Assembly: GCF_009834535.1 (NCBI RefSeq)
Contig: NC_045705.1
Span: 56,234,001 to 56,298,000 of the forward strand
DNA: 64,000 bases
Reading direction: 5' to 3'
Source: Camelus ferus
Taxonomy: Eukaryota
Part shown: positions 22,960-35,725 of the stretch, one piece after another
How the letters are laid out: the number at the start of each line of letters is the position of its first letter
How positions within the stretch are numbered: the stretch's first letter is position 1
The notes under the pieces: generated by a model
The model's input: only the letters and a program-made list of their open reading frames with translations
The model's database searches: none
What the model was told of the DNA's origin: nothing
Position numbers and translations under genes: made by a program

Positions 22960-23720
22960 ACTCCCCAAGACATCCTGGGATCCTTGGCTTGCCTCCCTTT
23001 CCACCTCTAAGAGATCGGCCCGTAAGCCAAGCAACAGGCTAATTTACCTGGGATTTTGTCAGCACAGACTCTATAAAGTCAACCTCAGTTCCCTAAAAGT
23101 GACTGGTCCTACCTGATTAAATCAGAAACATTCTCAAGTGTGATATTCTAGGAAAGGCCCTAGTTGCACAATCAATTTTTAAAATTATATCTTAGTTAAA
23201 AATAAGGACAGGTTCTTAAACTGTACCTATAAAAATAATACATTGTCCTGAAAAGCAAGGACACTCAGTAAGGGTTTCCTGAACTCAGAGTATTCAGTGA
23301 GAATCAGCTATGACTTCAAAATGTTTGATTTAGTTTACAAAAGCAGATTCTACTAGATTAGTACAGTTTAAGAGAATGATAAAAAGCCTTATTATATATT
23401 CAGAAAATAGAACATAAACCACATCAACAATATTCCAAACACATAATAAGATGTTACTTATCAGTTAATTTAGTTCTACACAATTAATTCTTGTTCCACC
23501 GGCTCTTGAGTTAGCAGTCTCATGAAGGTGTTTGTCTGTTGTTAGGAAGAGTCATGGAAATCACAACTCAGCCCACTAGAAAAACCTGAAAGTTACCCAA
23601 AAGCTGGTTCTTTGAAGTTTGCAGTACTTGCTGCAGTCCTTTTCCGTGAGCTCTGGTGGGGTCCTTCTCTGTTGAAGACGAAACTCCAGCCTATTTCTGA
23701 TTGCAGATCTTTCATGAATG
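22960..23720 (-). mobile_element. Possible ERV internal fragment
   Basis: General resemblance to ERV1-int remnants; no ORF. Confidence 0.35.
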
Positions 23721-26665
23721 CATCAGAGCCAAACAAAAATTATCTATTGTTTTAAGATAGTTAAGCTAACTTAAGAGAGTTAAATTTATCTTTATATGTA
23801 TTCTTTTTCATTATATGTTATTACAAGATATTTATACTTATCTTTAAATGGCCATTGTTAATTTATTACTTATGCATTCAAATGTAAAAAGTCTGATGAG
23901 AGTTGATAACACAAATAGTGCAACTGACAAGTAAATTTGATTGTCTCCATGGCATGCAAAACAAGATAATAAAGCTATTTCCAAAAAGAGAAGTTTAAAA
24001 AAAGTCTCTAAGGATAATGATATAGACTATATCTGAGGACAGTAATGTTTCATCTGATATATACAAATAAATAAGCATAATTTTTACAATGGAAACAATA
24101 TCGATACATAGCATAATAATCATGGGAAATGATATGCATAATGTACCAAGGAAATACCAAGATTGCCAAGAATATCAAATAAAGAGATTCAGTGAATCTA
24201 GAGTAAGCCTAGATATTTGTATTTTTATAAAACTCCATAGAGAAGTCTTATGTGCATCCCAGGCTTGAAAACTACTGTCCTTGAACATGCTAGATGAAAA
24301 TGAAAATTTCAAAACATTCTCAGAAGAAAACATCTATAAGTTTAAGGGAGTGAAATCTAGAGGAGGAGGCAGACACAAAAAGGCATAGTTGTCACATATG
24401 GTGAAAATGCTCTGAGATTATTCACATGATTCTGTCAATCAGAGAAGACAGGGACATAATTCTGCCAGAGGGAGCAGAAGGGCTTAAGGGGTGTTTTCCT
24501 CAAAGGATTAATTCTTCCCATTTACAGGGGGTTGGATGACTCTCCTTGGCTCCAGTCCCTGTTGAGTTTCACCCACAGGGAGTTTTCTTTTTCTCTGGGT
24601 GCAGCCTGCTGGGCTGGAATCAAAGTTTTCTGGGCTAATAGGAAAGCATCAGGGAGGCAGGACTAGATTCTGTAGGTCAGGATTAAATGGTCATGACCGC
24701 ACAGCAGTGGAATTGTGGTGACTGACTGCATGCCACCTTCATTTCCTCTTTACTCTGGCATGTGGGTACAATGACTTACCAACTTACTGGTAAGTTTCCT
24801 GATGTTCATAGCTCTTTGCACCAGCTCAAGCAAGAAAATCCACATAGTATATCTAATTGTAGTCACTACATGCTTAGGATGGATGCCATTACCCCGACCT
24901 TCTAAAAAGTCCCCCACAGTTATGTAAATGCACGGTAGAATTCCAGGGTCCTGCCAAATTGATGGCAATCAACCAAGTGCCAGGCCCAAAATCACTGACT
25001 GAGCACAGAAGGAAATTCAAAATCAGCTACTTGGACCTGCCTCTTGGGTGATATGTTTGCTGAATGGTAGTTATCGCCTTACATGTTACTGTAAGTTGTT
25101 TCTGGTCTCAGACCACTGAGTTTGCAGTGGGCATCAGTGAGAAGGGAATAGTGACCACTAGGAGTTTCTTTCTCCATGGTATGTCCTAACTCAGCATGCT
25201 TCTTATTAGACTTAAATCTCTGCCTTACATTTTTCCTTTCTTGATAAATAAGAAAGCAATCTTATGATTCTAACAAAAAACTGCCTATGAGTTCATGGAT
25301 TTTAAGTAATGGTGTAGAGGTGGGTTTTGTATATATTCTCTTCAATCATCTACTCTACATATAGAGGTCTCCAAATTGAGGGTATAACTTCATTCATTCA
25401 AGTATATGCGTGTATATCAAAATGATGTCCGCTTCTATTAGATTCTATGAAGCCAGATGGAGGACAAAAAATATCAGTAATATCAAGGAAAGCGCACTAT
25501 ACACCGATACACTTGAATGGGAGGAGGACAAAAGTCTCAGGGAAGGATTGTAAAGGACTTAATAGCTAACTGAGGATTTGAACAAAGAAAGTCAAGGCAA
25601 GGAAGAGCATTTTTACCATTTGCAAAAGGAGAAGACTTGAAAAGCACAGATAGAAAAAGCATATTGTAGAAATTTAACAGTAGCTGGAACATGAACTGGG
25701 GAGTGAGTTTGGAGAGGGAGGAGGGTGATAATTAATGCCTCTTTGTGGCCAGGATTACACTGTGATCACTACTACAAGGTAATTAATCCCACACTTTCTC
25801 TATTTTCTGTTCACTGCATGGAAAAATATTCATGTTATTTTCCTAATTTCCTAATGGAATTCAACAATTCCTTTTTGGGAAAGTAACATTTCTCTTGAAT
25901 TGTCTCTGAAATTCTTCTTCCCTTACCATATCACAAGGGGTATTCCACAGTTTGACTGTGAATTTTAAGTTCCCAATTTGTGGTTCTGTTAACAATGATT
26001 ACGGTAAACATTATGTTCTGCACCCTGGACTATAAATATAATCAAACAAATATTAAATATTAACTGTGGTTCTGCTATAACTTTCAAATCCTTTTTTTTC
26101 TAGCTGATTCATAAAATCTTAGATTTACAGAGCTAAAAACATATGTCTCCATCCTGCTCTAGTCCAGATAGTCTGCCATAGCATGACAATACAATAAGCA
26201 GTAACAAGAGGCTTAATTTTAAAAAGAAAACAAAAGAGAGTGAGAGCGAGAGAGAGAGAGGGAGGGAGGAAAGTTTATTTATCTCTGTCAGTTTTTACCT
26301 GTTTAAATGCATATTGTTTTTTCTTAGCTATTTGATAGAAACTGGATCAAGGAACATGATATTTCAAGTAATTCTTATGTAAAAGAAAGTTTTAGGGTCA
26401 ATTTAACTTAAAAAAGGACAATTACTATATCATATACTTTACTAAGAGAGAAAGTTCTAAACCCAACAGAAGTGTGAGAGATTTTGCACAAGATTCACCA
26501 TCTCTCTGTCATACTTAGTTATTAAGGACCTCTCTCCAACCAAAATAGACCCTAATTCAAGGACTAGATAATTATTTCATTTCTTTGGTATTAACTATCT
26601 CTGTGAATTTACTGTGTCTGCACATGTTTATTCACAGTCTCAGAACAGATCCAGGTCAGCTGCAA

Positions 26666-26826
26666 TCCCTGGAGAGCTCAGCACCCCTCAAGCAAGGGCA
26701 CTAGGAGAGAAGAGAGAGACAAGCCCTCATATATGAAGAGGAGACCTTGGCGACAGACAAATGCAATAACTTCTGGGATTTTATACTAAAATCCTTCTAC
26801 TTTCAAATATCCACTCTCTGGTAAGT
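26666..26826 (+). promoter_or_regulatory. Candidate promoter and non-coding first exon of the OR51A2/A4-like gene
   Basis: O/E(EBF)-type TCCCTGGAGA at 26666-26675; donor CTG|GTAAGT at 26821; matching acceptor CTGCAG| at 27710, 21 nt before the ATG. Confidence 0.4.
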
Positions 26827-27731
26827 ACTCAGATATCTTCATCTATTTTGCTTTCATTTTACTGCTTTTTTTTTTTTTTTTTTTTTTTTGTAAATCAACC
26901 ACATGGAACTTCATACAGAGCAGGAGACACTTCCAAAAGTCATGTATCTAGGAAAATTGTTCCTTTCAGAGACTATACAAATAAACTATTTACCTTTAGG
27001 GGAATTGTTCTTCAACAGAATTCAAATTCTCCTAAATTGTGACACTTACCACTTCAGGTTATTGTTCTCTTGTCAACACTCCACAAATGGTCACAAATTC
27101 CAGGCCAGGAGAAAATTAGACATAATTTGTCAGTAATCTCTGCAGTGACTGCCCTTACAAATACAAAAATAATTTGAAAATCAAGGGAGTTTTTAAAAGA
27201 TACTTAAATAACCAACAAGTCTAGCAGGGGATAGCACTAAGAGTAGTTTGGTTTTGAGAAGACCATACTTTTGTGAGAATTCCAACAAGTAGGAAGAAAT
27301 TAAATTTTGAGACTCCTCTGCCTTCACATAGTGTCATTCTGGAAATCATATATTCTAACCAACATCTTATCTAGAATGTGAAAGCAAGAACTCATAGAGG
27401 AGTCCGGATTAATTGACTAGGGTCTACTAGTATGTTACTAGTAGAAAAAGAAACCAGCTTTTCATCTGATTGCAAAATATATTCCTGGTTTCTCTATAGG
27501 AAAAAAATGGCCAGAAGAACTTCTTTAAATCTATGATCCAGGAAATTCCAATCTAAAGTGAAAGCCACTTCTCACTATATAGTCACATAAATAACTTGTT
27601 CTATCAAAAGACAGTTGAAAAAACCCAGAAACTTCAGAACTGCTTTTTTTCTACTAAATTTCCAGATATTCACATTTTATCTACTCAAGACTTTCTGTGA
27701 TTCGCTGCAGAGCCCTCTAAATTAATTGATC

Positions 27732-28678
27732 ATGTCCATTATCAACATGTCACATGTTGAAATCACCACATTCTTCTTGGTTGGGATGCCAAGGCTGGAA
27801 TATGCACACATCTGGATCTCTATTCCTGTCTGCAGCATGTACCTTGTTGCTATTCTGGGAAACTGCACCATCCTTTTCATCATCAAGACAGAACCCTCAC
27901 TGCACGAACCCATGTACTATTTCCTTTCCATGTTGGCCCTGTCTGACATGGGCTTGTCCTTTTCCTCTCTTCCCACTATGTTGAGGATCTTCTTATTCAA
28001 GGCTTCTGAAATCTCTGCTAATGCCTGCTTTGCCCAGGAATTCTTCATCCATGGATTCACAGCACTGGAGTCCTCAGTGCTCCTGATCATGTCATTTGAC
28101 CTGCTTCCTCGCCATCCACAACCCTCTGAGATACAGCTCCATTCTTAAAACAGTCAGAGTTGCCCAGATAGGAGTGGTATGCTTTTTCAAGAGCTTCCTC
28201 CTGGTTCTTCCTTTCCCCTTCACTTTGAGAAGGTTGAAATATTGTAAGAAAAGCCAATTATCCCATTCCTACTGTCTCCACCAGGATGTCATGAAGTTGG
28301 CCTGCTCTGACAACCGAATTGATGTCATTTATGGCTTTTTGGGGGCACTCTGCCTTATGGTAGATTTTATGCTCATTGCTGTATCTTACATCCTGATCCT
28401 CAAGACTGTGCTGGGAAAAAACGCATCCCAAAAGGAGCAGCTCAAGGCCCTCAATACCTTGTGTTTCACACATCTGTGCAGTGACCATCTTCTACCTGCC
28501 CATCATCAACCTCGCCATTGTCCATCGCTTTGCCCGGCATGTCTCTCCCCTCTTCAATGTTCTTATGGCAAATGTTCTTCTACTTGTGCCTCCACTGATG
28601 AATCCCATTGTGTACTGTGTGAAAACTAGGCAGATTAGAGTAAGAGTGGTAGCAAAATTATGTCAGAAGCAAATATAA
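27732..28678 (+). pseudogene. OR51A4: OR51A2/OR51A4-like olfactory receptor with two +1 frameshifts
   Basis: Runs from MSIINMSHVEITTFFLVGMP to QIRVRVVAKLCQKQI*, very close to human OR51A2/A4 as recalled. Single-base insertions at ~28102 (in DRF) and ~28459 (in NTC); the three track ORFs are in successive +1 frames. Confidence 0.88.
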
Positions 28679-28989
28679 CAGTCATATATAGTAGAAAACA
28701 TCTGGGGGGAATGTCTCAGTAAGAGATTAAAGGTGAGTTTGGCAAAACCTAATATTTGGTACAAATAATCAATATATTTTTATTGTTATTGTCATCAGAT
28801 TTATTTCAATCAAACTGTATACTGAAGGTGGGCATAAAATAGGAAATGGAGTTCATTCTGGGGTGTCTCCATCCTAATTAATAAAAAAAAAGATGCCTTA
28901 TGAAGTCATCTTTGATAAAAGCAACAAATTATAGTCAACACTGACAACAGTAATGTCTATCCTTGTGACAGATTTTCATTCCTCATTCT

Positions 28990-29765
28990 AAGATTCTATC
29001 TATCTGTTAAGTCCTTTTGATTCTAGACCCAAATTACATCTCAAGTCTACCTCCTCATTCTCTCCATTTTAATCATCCTTGTATGTCACCAGCACTTCTT
29101 TAATGACATGCTGCAGTAAATTCTTTAGTTTCTTAATGTGTACTCTTACTACTTTCTAACTGATTTTCTGTGCAAGATGAAAATGATCTTTTTAAAAGAC
29201 AAATTGAATGATGTAAGGTCTCTTTTAAATATAAACTCTTACTTCTCTGAGAATAGAATTAAAACAATGAAATACACACCATCAGATGACACATGTTCTT
29301 TACCTGCTCTACCTCTCCAACATTACCAGATAATCAAACTCTAGTTACATTGGCCTTCTCAAAATTCATTGAATTTGTAAATTTTTCTGTTTTGTATAAC
29401 TTCTCACATCTGAACCTTTTTCTTAGAATGCTGTATATAACTCATTTCTATTCACTTTTTTAAAGGTTTCCACTTAATTTCATCATAGATTACCTATCAC
29501 CCTCAGTTCAAATTATGACCCTCTCTTTTTATTGATCTCTTTTTTTGCTTGTTTGTTCTTTATTCTTCATTATATTCATTATTATGAGTATAATGTATTA
29601 AATATAATGTATGTTTATTTCTTTTCTTTCTACTTCCCAAATAGAGTGTACTATCATTGAAGGGAGAGACCATACTTACTTTCTTTCTATCTGTGTGCCT
29701 AACATCTAGGATTTGCTGACACAGAGTATGTCTCCAATAAATAATTGTTAACAAATGAATGTGAA
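28990..29765 (+). mobile_element. L2 3' fragment
   Basis: Degenerate L2 tail ending tccaataaataattgttaacaaatgaatgtg. Confidence 0.6.
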
Positions 29766-29959
29766 AATGAGGCTATATTGAGGAAGATGAAATTGTTGAA
29801 GAGTTCAGTAATACTCCATCCATATGGGATATAACTTTCTTAAGTTTGTATCAAGGGCAGGCATATCATAAATAGGCAAAGTTACCGAGGCCCTTTCCTT
29901 AGAATCTTCCCACAGAGATGATCTCGTAAGCACAAGAGCTCAGGAAAGTTGGAAGCCTG

Positions 29960-30108
29960 CTAATTTCTAGAATTGCATCTAGTTGTAATGTGCAAAAACA
30001 ATTGTTATATTGCATTAAATCAAAGACAGTACTGATTATCACCTGCATTCCAATTTCAGAGATATTAAAATGTAAAGAATGTGCATCTTAGAACACACAA
30101 AATACAGT
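29960..30108 (-). mobile_element. MER104/Kanga-like TcMar-Tc2 DNA transposon remnant
   Basis: atttcagagatattaaaatg...gtgcatcttagaa...aaatacagta matches the recalled terminal repeat. Confidence 0.6.
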
Positions 30109-30689
30109 ATTATTTATTTATGGAAGTTGCTCCTGGTCATTTTGAATAAGAGTTTTTTCAGAAATATGAGGATCCTCTAAATCTTAAGGTCATCAATGGC
30201 AAGAGACTCAGAAATTAATGCCTCAGTTTCTTGCACACACTTTAAAAAGTTTCTTTGCATTGTTCTTTCTCCTTCTCTTTATATCTTTTTTTTTTTTTTT
30301 TTTTTTTTTGCCCCTCTCATTCACACTCTATTTCTATTTCTGTGTGGCCATTTCACAATCATTTTTTTTCCACGAGACCCTTAATTTTCAGCTGGAGATG
30401 TTTTCCTATAATTTGTTTTTTGCTATCTTAAGCTGTTTCGTAAATTGCTGTTCCCAGAAACTGTGCAAAGATTCTCATTATAAGCCCCTGTTAGAGTGCT
30501 CATTGATGGCATGCATATTTAATGATGTAGCATTAGTTTCTTCAAAAGCTATTTGTTAAATATCTACTTTGTTTCAGTCACTTTACTACATGCTTGTGAA
30601 AAAATGATTAATGCCATGAGAAAATACTGTATAACACATTTTAACTGAGTATCATCAACCCAGTGAATTGAACTTTAGTATAAGCCCTG

Positions 30690-31530
30690 ACAGTTGATTT
30701 TTTTCTCTCGCATAATGCAAGTGTCTGACTTAAGCTATGATTACAAGAGACATCTTCAAAGAGGGATGTCTCTAATGGACACATTTGCCAGCCACACAAC
30801 TAGAAAAGCCAGGCCAACCCCTTCCCCCAATCAGGCCACTTTGTTTTAGAGATGTTGCTTGATTTCAATAGTTGACCATTTGGAGTCCTTGTTTTTTCCT
30901 CTTCTCCCACTAGAAATTCCCACTCCTATGTTTTAAATTCACTAATAAAAAGTGAGTCTGATAGACTTCATGGACATAGAAAACAAACTATGGTTACCAA
31001 AGGGGAAAGGGTTGGGGAAGGATAACTAGGAGTTGGGGATTAACAGACACACACCACTGTATATAAAATAGATGAACAACAAGGACCTACTGTATAGCAC
31101 AGGGAACTATATTCAATTTCTTGTAATAACCTATAGTGGAAAAGAATTTGAAAAGAAAAAAAATATATATATGTATGTATATGTGTAACTGAATCACTTT
31201 ACTATACACCTGAAACTAACACTGTAAATCAACTACACATCAATAAAAAATTTTTTAAATATGAAAGGAAAAAAAAAGTGAGTTTGATAAACATTAAGGC
31301 TCCCACCATCAACACCAATAAACTCAGAACCCAGGTCTGTTTCTCTCTCTCTCTCTCCCCCAGTGTCCTCACTGTGTGGCCCCAGGTATGCCATGTAATT
31401 TCTAAGACTTATAAGTAATAAAACTCTTTTTTTCCCAAAGTTTCCTCATGGTTATTGCTGAGGGCATCCTGAAATCATAATAACTGCAAGGGCCAGTCTA
31501 GCCACGAACATTGGTTATTGATAGTAAGAG
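30690..31530 (+). mobile_element. ERV1-type LTR interrupted by an L1 tail
   Basis: LTR-like sequence with aataaa and (TC)n U5 on both sides of the L1 insert. Confidence 0.55.
30964..31272 (+). mobile_element. Short L1 3' end (cetartiodactyl type) with 17-bp TSD
   Basis: catggacatagaaaacaaactatggttacc...ctgtatagcacagggaactatattcaa...; TSD AAAAAGTGAGT(C/T)TGATA at 30947-30963 and 31273-31289. Confidence 0.9.
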
Positions 31531-32389
31531 GTCAGCACAAAACAATAATTGAATGTATCATCATTTCTCAGTAATTCAAAATCCCATACACACCACATAC
31601 CACATATTAAACATGTATATTATATCTGTGCATGTGTGTGTCTGTGCATGAGTAGTTCCCCGTGTGTTTCTGAAGTAGATAGGGCCTGAAAATTTTCTTC
31701 TTTTGATTTTTGTAAGATCATTGCCATTCTTCAACTATATCAGAATTTTTAAAAATACACATTTAAATCATTTAAATTAGAATAAACTAAAAAGATATCA
31801 TTACAATAGAAGTTAAAAAAAAGTTCAATAAAGTATGATAGCCATGCATAATTTTAAAAGATTCTTAGAACGCAAGGAGTATAAAAGGACTGATTTCATG
31901 TTAAATAGTGAAAATTAAACTCCTCCCTCAAAGCAAAGAATAAACCTTAAAGTCAGTGACAAAATATTAAGATAGCCCTTTAAAATTCAAGAAAAGACCA
32001 AGATTCCCTATATTATTATCTATATTCAGTTTTGATTCAGGCCTTAGAACACTAAAATAAGTGAGAAAATAACCAGAATGGGACATACAGCTGATATACA
32101 AGAATTCCTGCAGAGAATCCCAGATAAAAAATGAACAAATAATTCAAAAGGAAAATAATAATAAATTTTAAAATATAAGACAAACTACACTGATTTTAAC
32201 ACAACATACATGCTCGTTAGTCACTCTAATTGAAGAGAGACAATTTTTATCAGTTACATTTACTTGACTATTATCTTTAAGTTTTTCCTTTTTCCTTGAC
32301 GAAACAAATCACTCCCAAGCAAATCCAACATGACTGACAGATTTGCTTCCATCTACCAAAACTATGTAGTAGGAGACAAAAGTAGCATG

Positions 32390-32550
32390 TCTCAGAGGGT
32401 GGTCTTTGGACCACCAACATAGGCATCACCTGGGAGCTTGTTAAACATATAGTAATTTATGATCCACTCAAGTATCTTGAATGAAAATGTTCATTTTAAC
32501 AAAATTTTCAAGTGATTCATCTTCACATTGAAGTTTAAAAGACACTTCAC
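32390..32550. mobile_element. MER5-like hAT remnant
   Basis: gtggtctttggaccaccaacataggcatcacctgggagcttgttaaa. Confidence 0.65.
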
Positions 32551-35500
32551 TAAACCACTTCTTTATTGCCAAATGTAGAGAATTTGTGTGTGATTGTGTA
32601 TTGTGAAGGTTGGAAGACTTGCAAAGATCCTAAACAAAAAGTGAAAGCCACAGTGAATTTGTTTCTCTCTAATTTCCAAACTTCTAATTAGATCATAGGT
32701 TATTATATTTGAGAAATTAGATATGATTTACACTGCAAAGACTGGTTGGTCACATGTGATTGCTGACCTATGGTTTGCTCCTGTTAATTCCAAAGGGAAT
32801 CCCTGCCTACAAGTAAGTACAGCATAAAATCTACATAGCCTAACATGGCTGACTCCATCAATTGAATAAACAGGATTGAGTAAGAGACTAAAGAGACAAG
32901 CAGTAAAGTGGAAGAACATAAGTGCTATACATCACCAACAAGTGGCTGAGCCTATATTTATTAAAACACTTCTGTAAATCAATTATGGAAAGACAAACAA
33001 TCCAATGGAAAATGGGCAAACAGCTTCAGTAGATGCTTCAAAAATAAGAAATAAAAATGACCAATAAACATATGAATAGAGAAATATAATTTCATGTCAG
33101 AAGAAAATTAATATACAATATTGGTAGCCTGATCTCTTTCAGAACTTGAGATTCTAAATACCTAGCTGATTTGTCCCAAGAAATGTTGGCAAATGAGCCA
33201 AGGGAAAGAGTTGATGAATGGCTGTTGAATTTTAATATGGCCGCCAAGATCTTATCATGCTCAGTTTCCTCAATCTGAGCCTGCATTATGAGCTCAGTCT
33301 TAGATCACTGTCCCTTGAGACAACCCTTTAGAAGATTTCCATGAAGTATGGTGTCATTCATCAGGCATCTCCTGCTTGTCGTCAACCCCATGGGTTCTCT
33401 AGGCTTTATAAGACAGTGCCTACAAAGCAGAAAAGGGGAGTCTAAAGGATACTTCCCAGCTTCTAATCTCTTTCTTACTTTAGGGTGAACTGTCATCTTG
33501 GTGGAAAAAGAGTCACAAAGGAGGTAAGATATAATTCTACTCTTTCAGAATATTTAATATAATTTGCATTCTGTTTTCTATCTCATTGGATCCTGAAGAG
33601 ATTTAAAACAAAAACAAATCAAGAGATGCCCATGGAGCCTGAGAATCTTATAGAACTACCAAGAAGAGACAGAATGTACACGTTGGTGGGGGTATGTGTC
33701 CAGAGATGTTTTAGAAATCCCCAGTCTGAATGATACATGTGACAAGGTATGTATCTCAAACATCACATGATTCATTTTCTTTACGTCTCCTGGCAGGTAG
33801 ATGCATGACCTTGGATAAATTATTATACCTCTAAGAACTATTGTCTTCCCTATAAAGGGAAAAAGATAATCACATAAGAACAGAAATGAGAAATCTATGT
33901 AAGTCATTTAGCAGGATGTCATATTACTATATAAATTATAAAATAAGAATAAATATTGATAATAAAATAATTAAATTTATGTGTGCTTATCCTATAAGTT
34001 AAAATTAAATCTCAGTAGTGACTACCTCTGAAAAACAATGCAGTCTTCAAGCAATGCTGAGTAAAAGGCCAGAACACAAATGGCCACAGATAATTTTAGC
34101 CTCATCTAGCATATTTCAGAAAAGTAAGTTCTATGGCTCAGATAAGGAGTTTCAGAAGATGGGTAAACTCATAATATGATGGATATCATGGACTTATCCG
34201 CACCCTTGGCCTTTCTCTTAAGTTCCGAACACTTATCTTTAAGCTACAGATCCCCAAGGAAACCAGGTCCATGAACAGTACTCCTGGGTGTTCATCCATT
34301 TAGAGATTGGGAAGAAGAGCAAAATACAGCAAAGGAGCAGTTGGCATAGTACAGAAACATTAAGAGATTATATTTTCTTAAAAGCTAAGGTTCTTCCATA
34401 CTCTCAATATTCTTAGAAAAATCTAAGAGTCAACCCTGACAGGTAATTAAAAATGAAGGAGATTAAGTGGATAATTAAAGTAGAGAGTCAATAATTCCTA
34501 GATCATTAACAAAATGGAAATGAAAACTGTAAAGATAATGACTTTGGAAAAGGTAGACACTCTGTGGACAAACTTCCAAGGAACTGTGTTTTCATATAAT
34601 AAGAAGAACCAGTGTTTTGTGTTGTTTGAGGAGCACCAAATGAGGAATCTAAAACAAAAACAAAAACAAAAACCACAAAGCAATCAAAATTCACAGAAAT
34701 GTTATTTGATAGAATAGATGATGTTCAGTCTAAAAAGGTATAGCTAATAATGGAAGAAATCATTACTTGTCTTCAACTTCAGGAAATTACATTCAATTAA
34801 ATAAACAATTATGAAGCTACTTATTTTCCACTTACTATGCTAGGCTTTGGAATTGCAGTAGTGAACAGTATGACCCAGATTCCCTACCCTTATATTCTAG
34901 CAGTGGGAGAAGACAGATATCAATTATGTAATAATAATAGAAATCATTAAAGAAACTATTTTGTGTAAATGGGACTAGATTCTGCACCTGCAAAGAAAAA
35001 AAAAAGATGAAAACTTTTAAAAACATTTATCAACTTAATTCAAGGAAGAAAAACAATATGAGTATTCAAGCATGAAGGCAAAACTTCAGGTAGCAGTTAA
35101 TACACCAACACTGTGAATAAGCTAGGATATGTTAGTTGATAGTGACCAATGATTTAAAGTGGTTCAGTACAGACAGGAGAGTAAGACTGCATATTTTCTA
35201 GACGATTTTAACTCTAAGACCTTCAGTTCTGCCATTACTTCAAATGTTAATCCTACTTGAGATATGCAGATTTGAATATAGGTATAGTTTATGAATCCTT
35301 CCCCATTCATTGTAAACTTTGCTTTTTCCCTTCAAGATTTTGCTTTTATAAAACTGAGATAAGAGAACCAAAAAATCATAGAGCTGGTTTTGTGAAATTC
35401 AGCCATGGGTAGCTGCAGGTTGTGAAAGGATTGTCTGGAATTGTTAATTGTGCAAAGTCCAAATTGATTAACCCTTTAACAAAATAGAAACAAATAACCT

Positions 35501-35725
35501 GGATGAAGAAGCAAATCAGATTCTTCTCATTATTTCTGTGTTTGACTTTTCTTACAGCCTGAACTGACAGTAGAAATATAGACCATTTTAAGAAGTCTCT
35601 GAAAGTCGTCTTAGTATCTATGATCTACATTGTACCAAAAAGAGACATCTTCTGCCATAACTTTATTTAGGAAATTTCCAACTCCACTGAGGTAAGCACC
35701 TGGCTAAGTATCTTTTCCATGTGTC

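Noticed and set aside
24440-25170. Possible ERVL internal remnant
   Set aside because: No retroviral protein motif could be read with confidence, so it is left uncalled
30196-30559. Phe-rich hydrophobic ORFs (also 2228, 26848, 42174)
   Set aside because: Translations of poly-T and pyrimidine-rich low-complexity DNA
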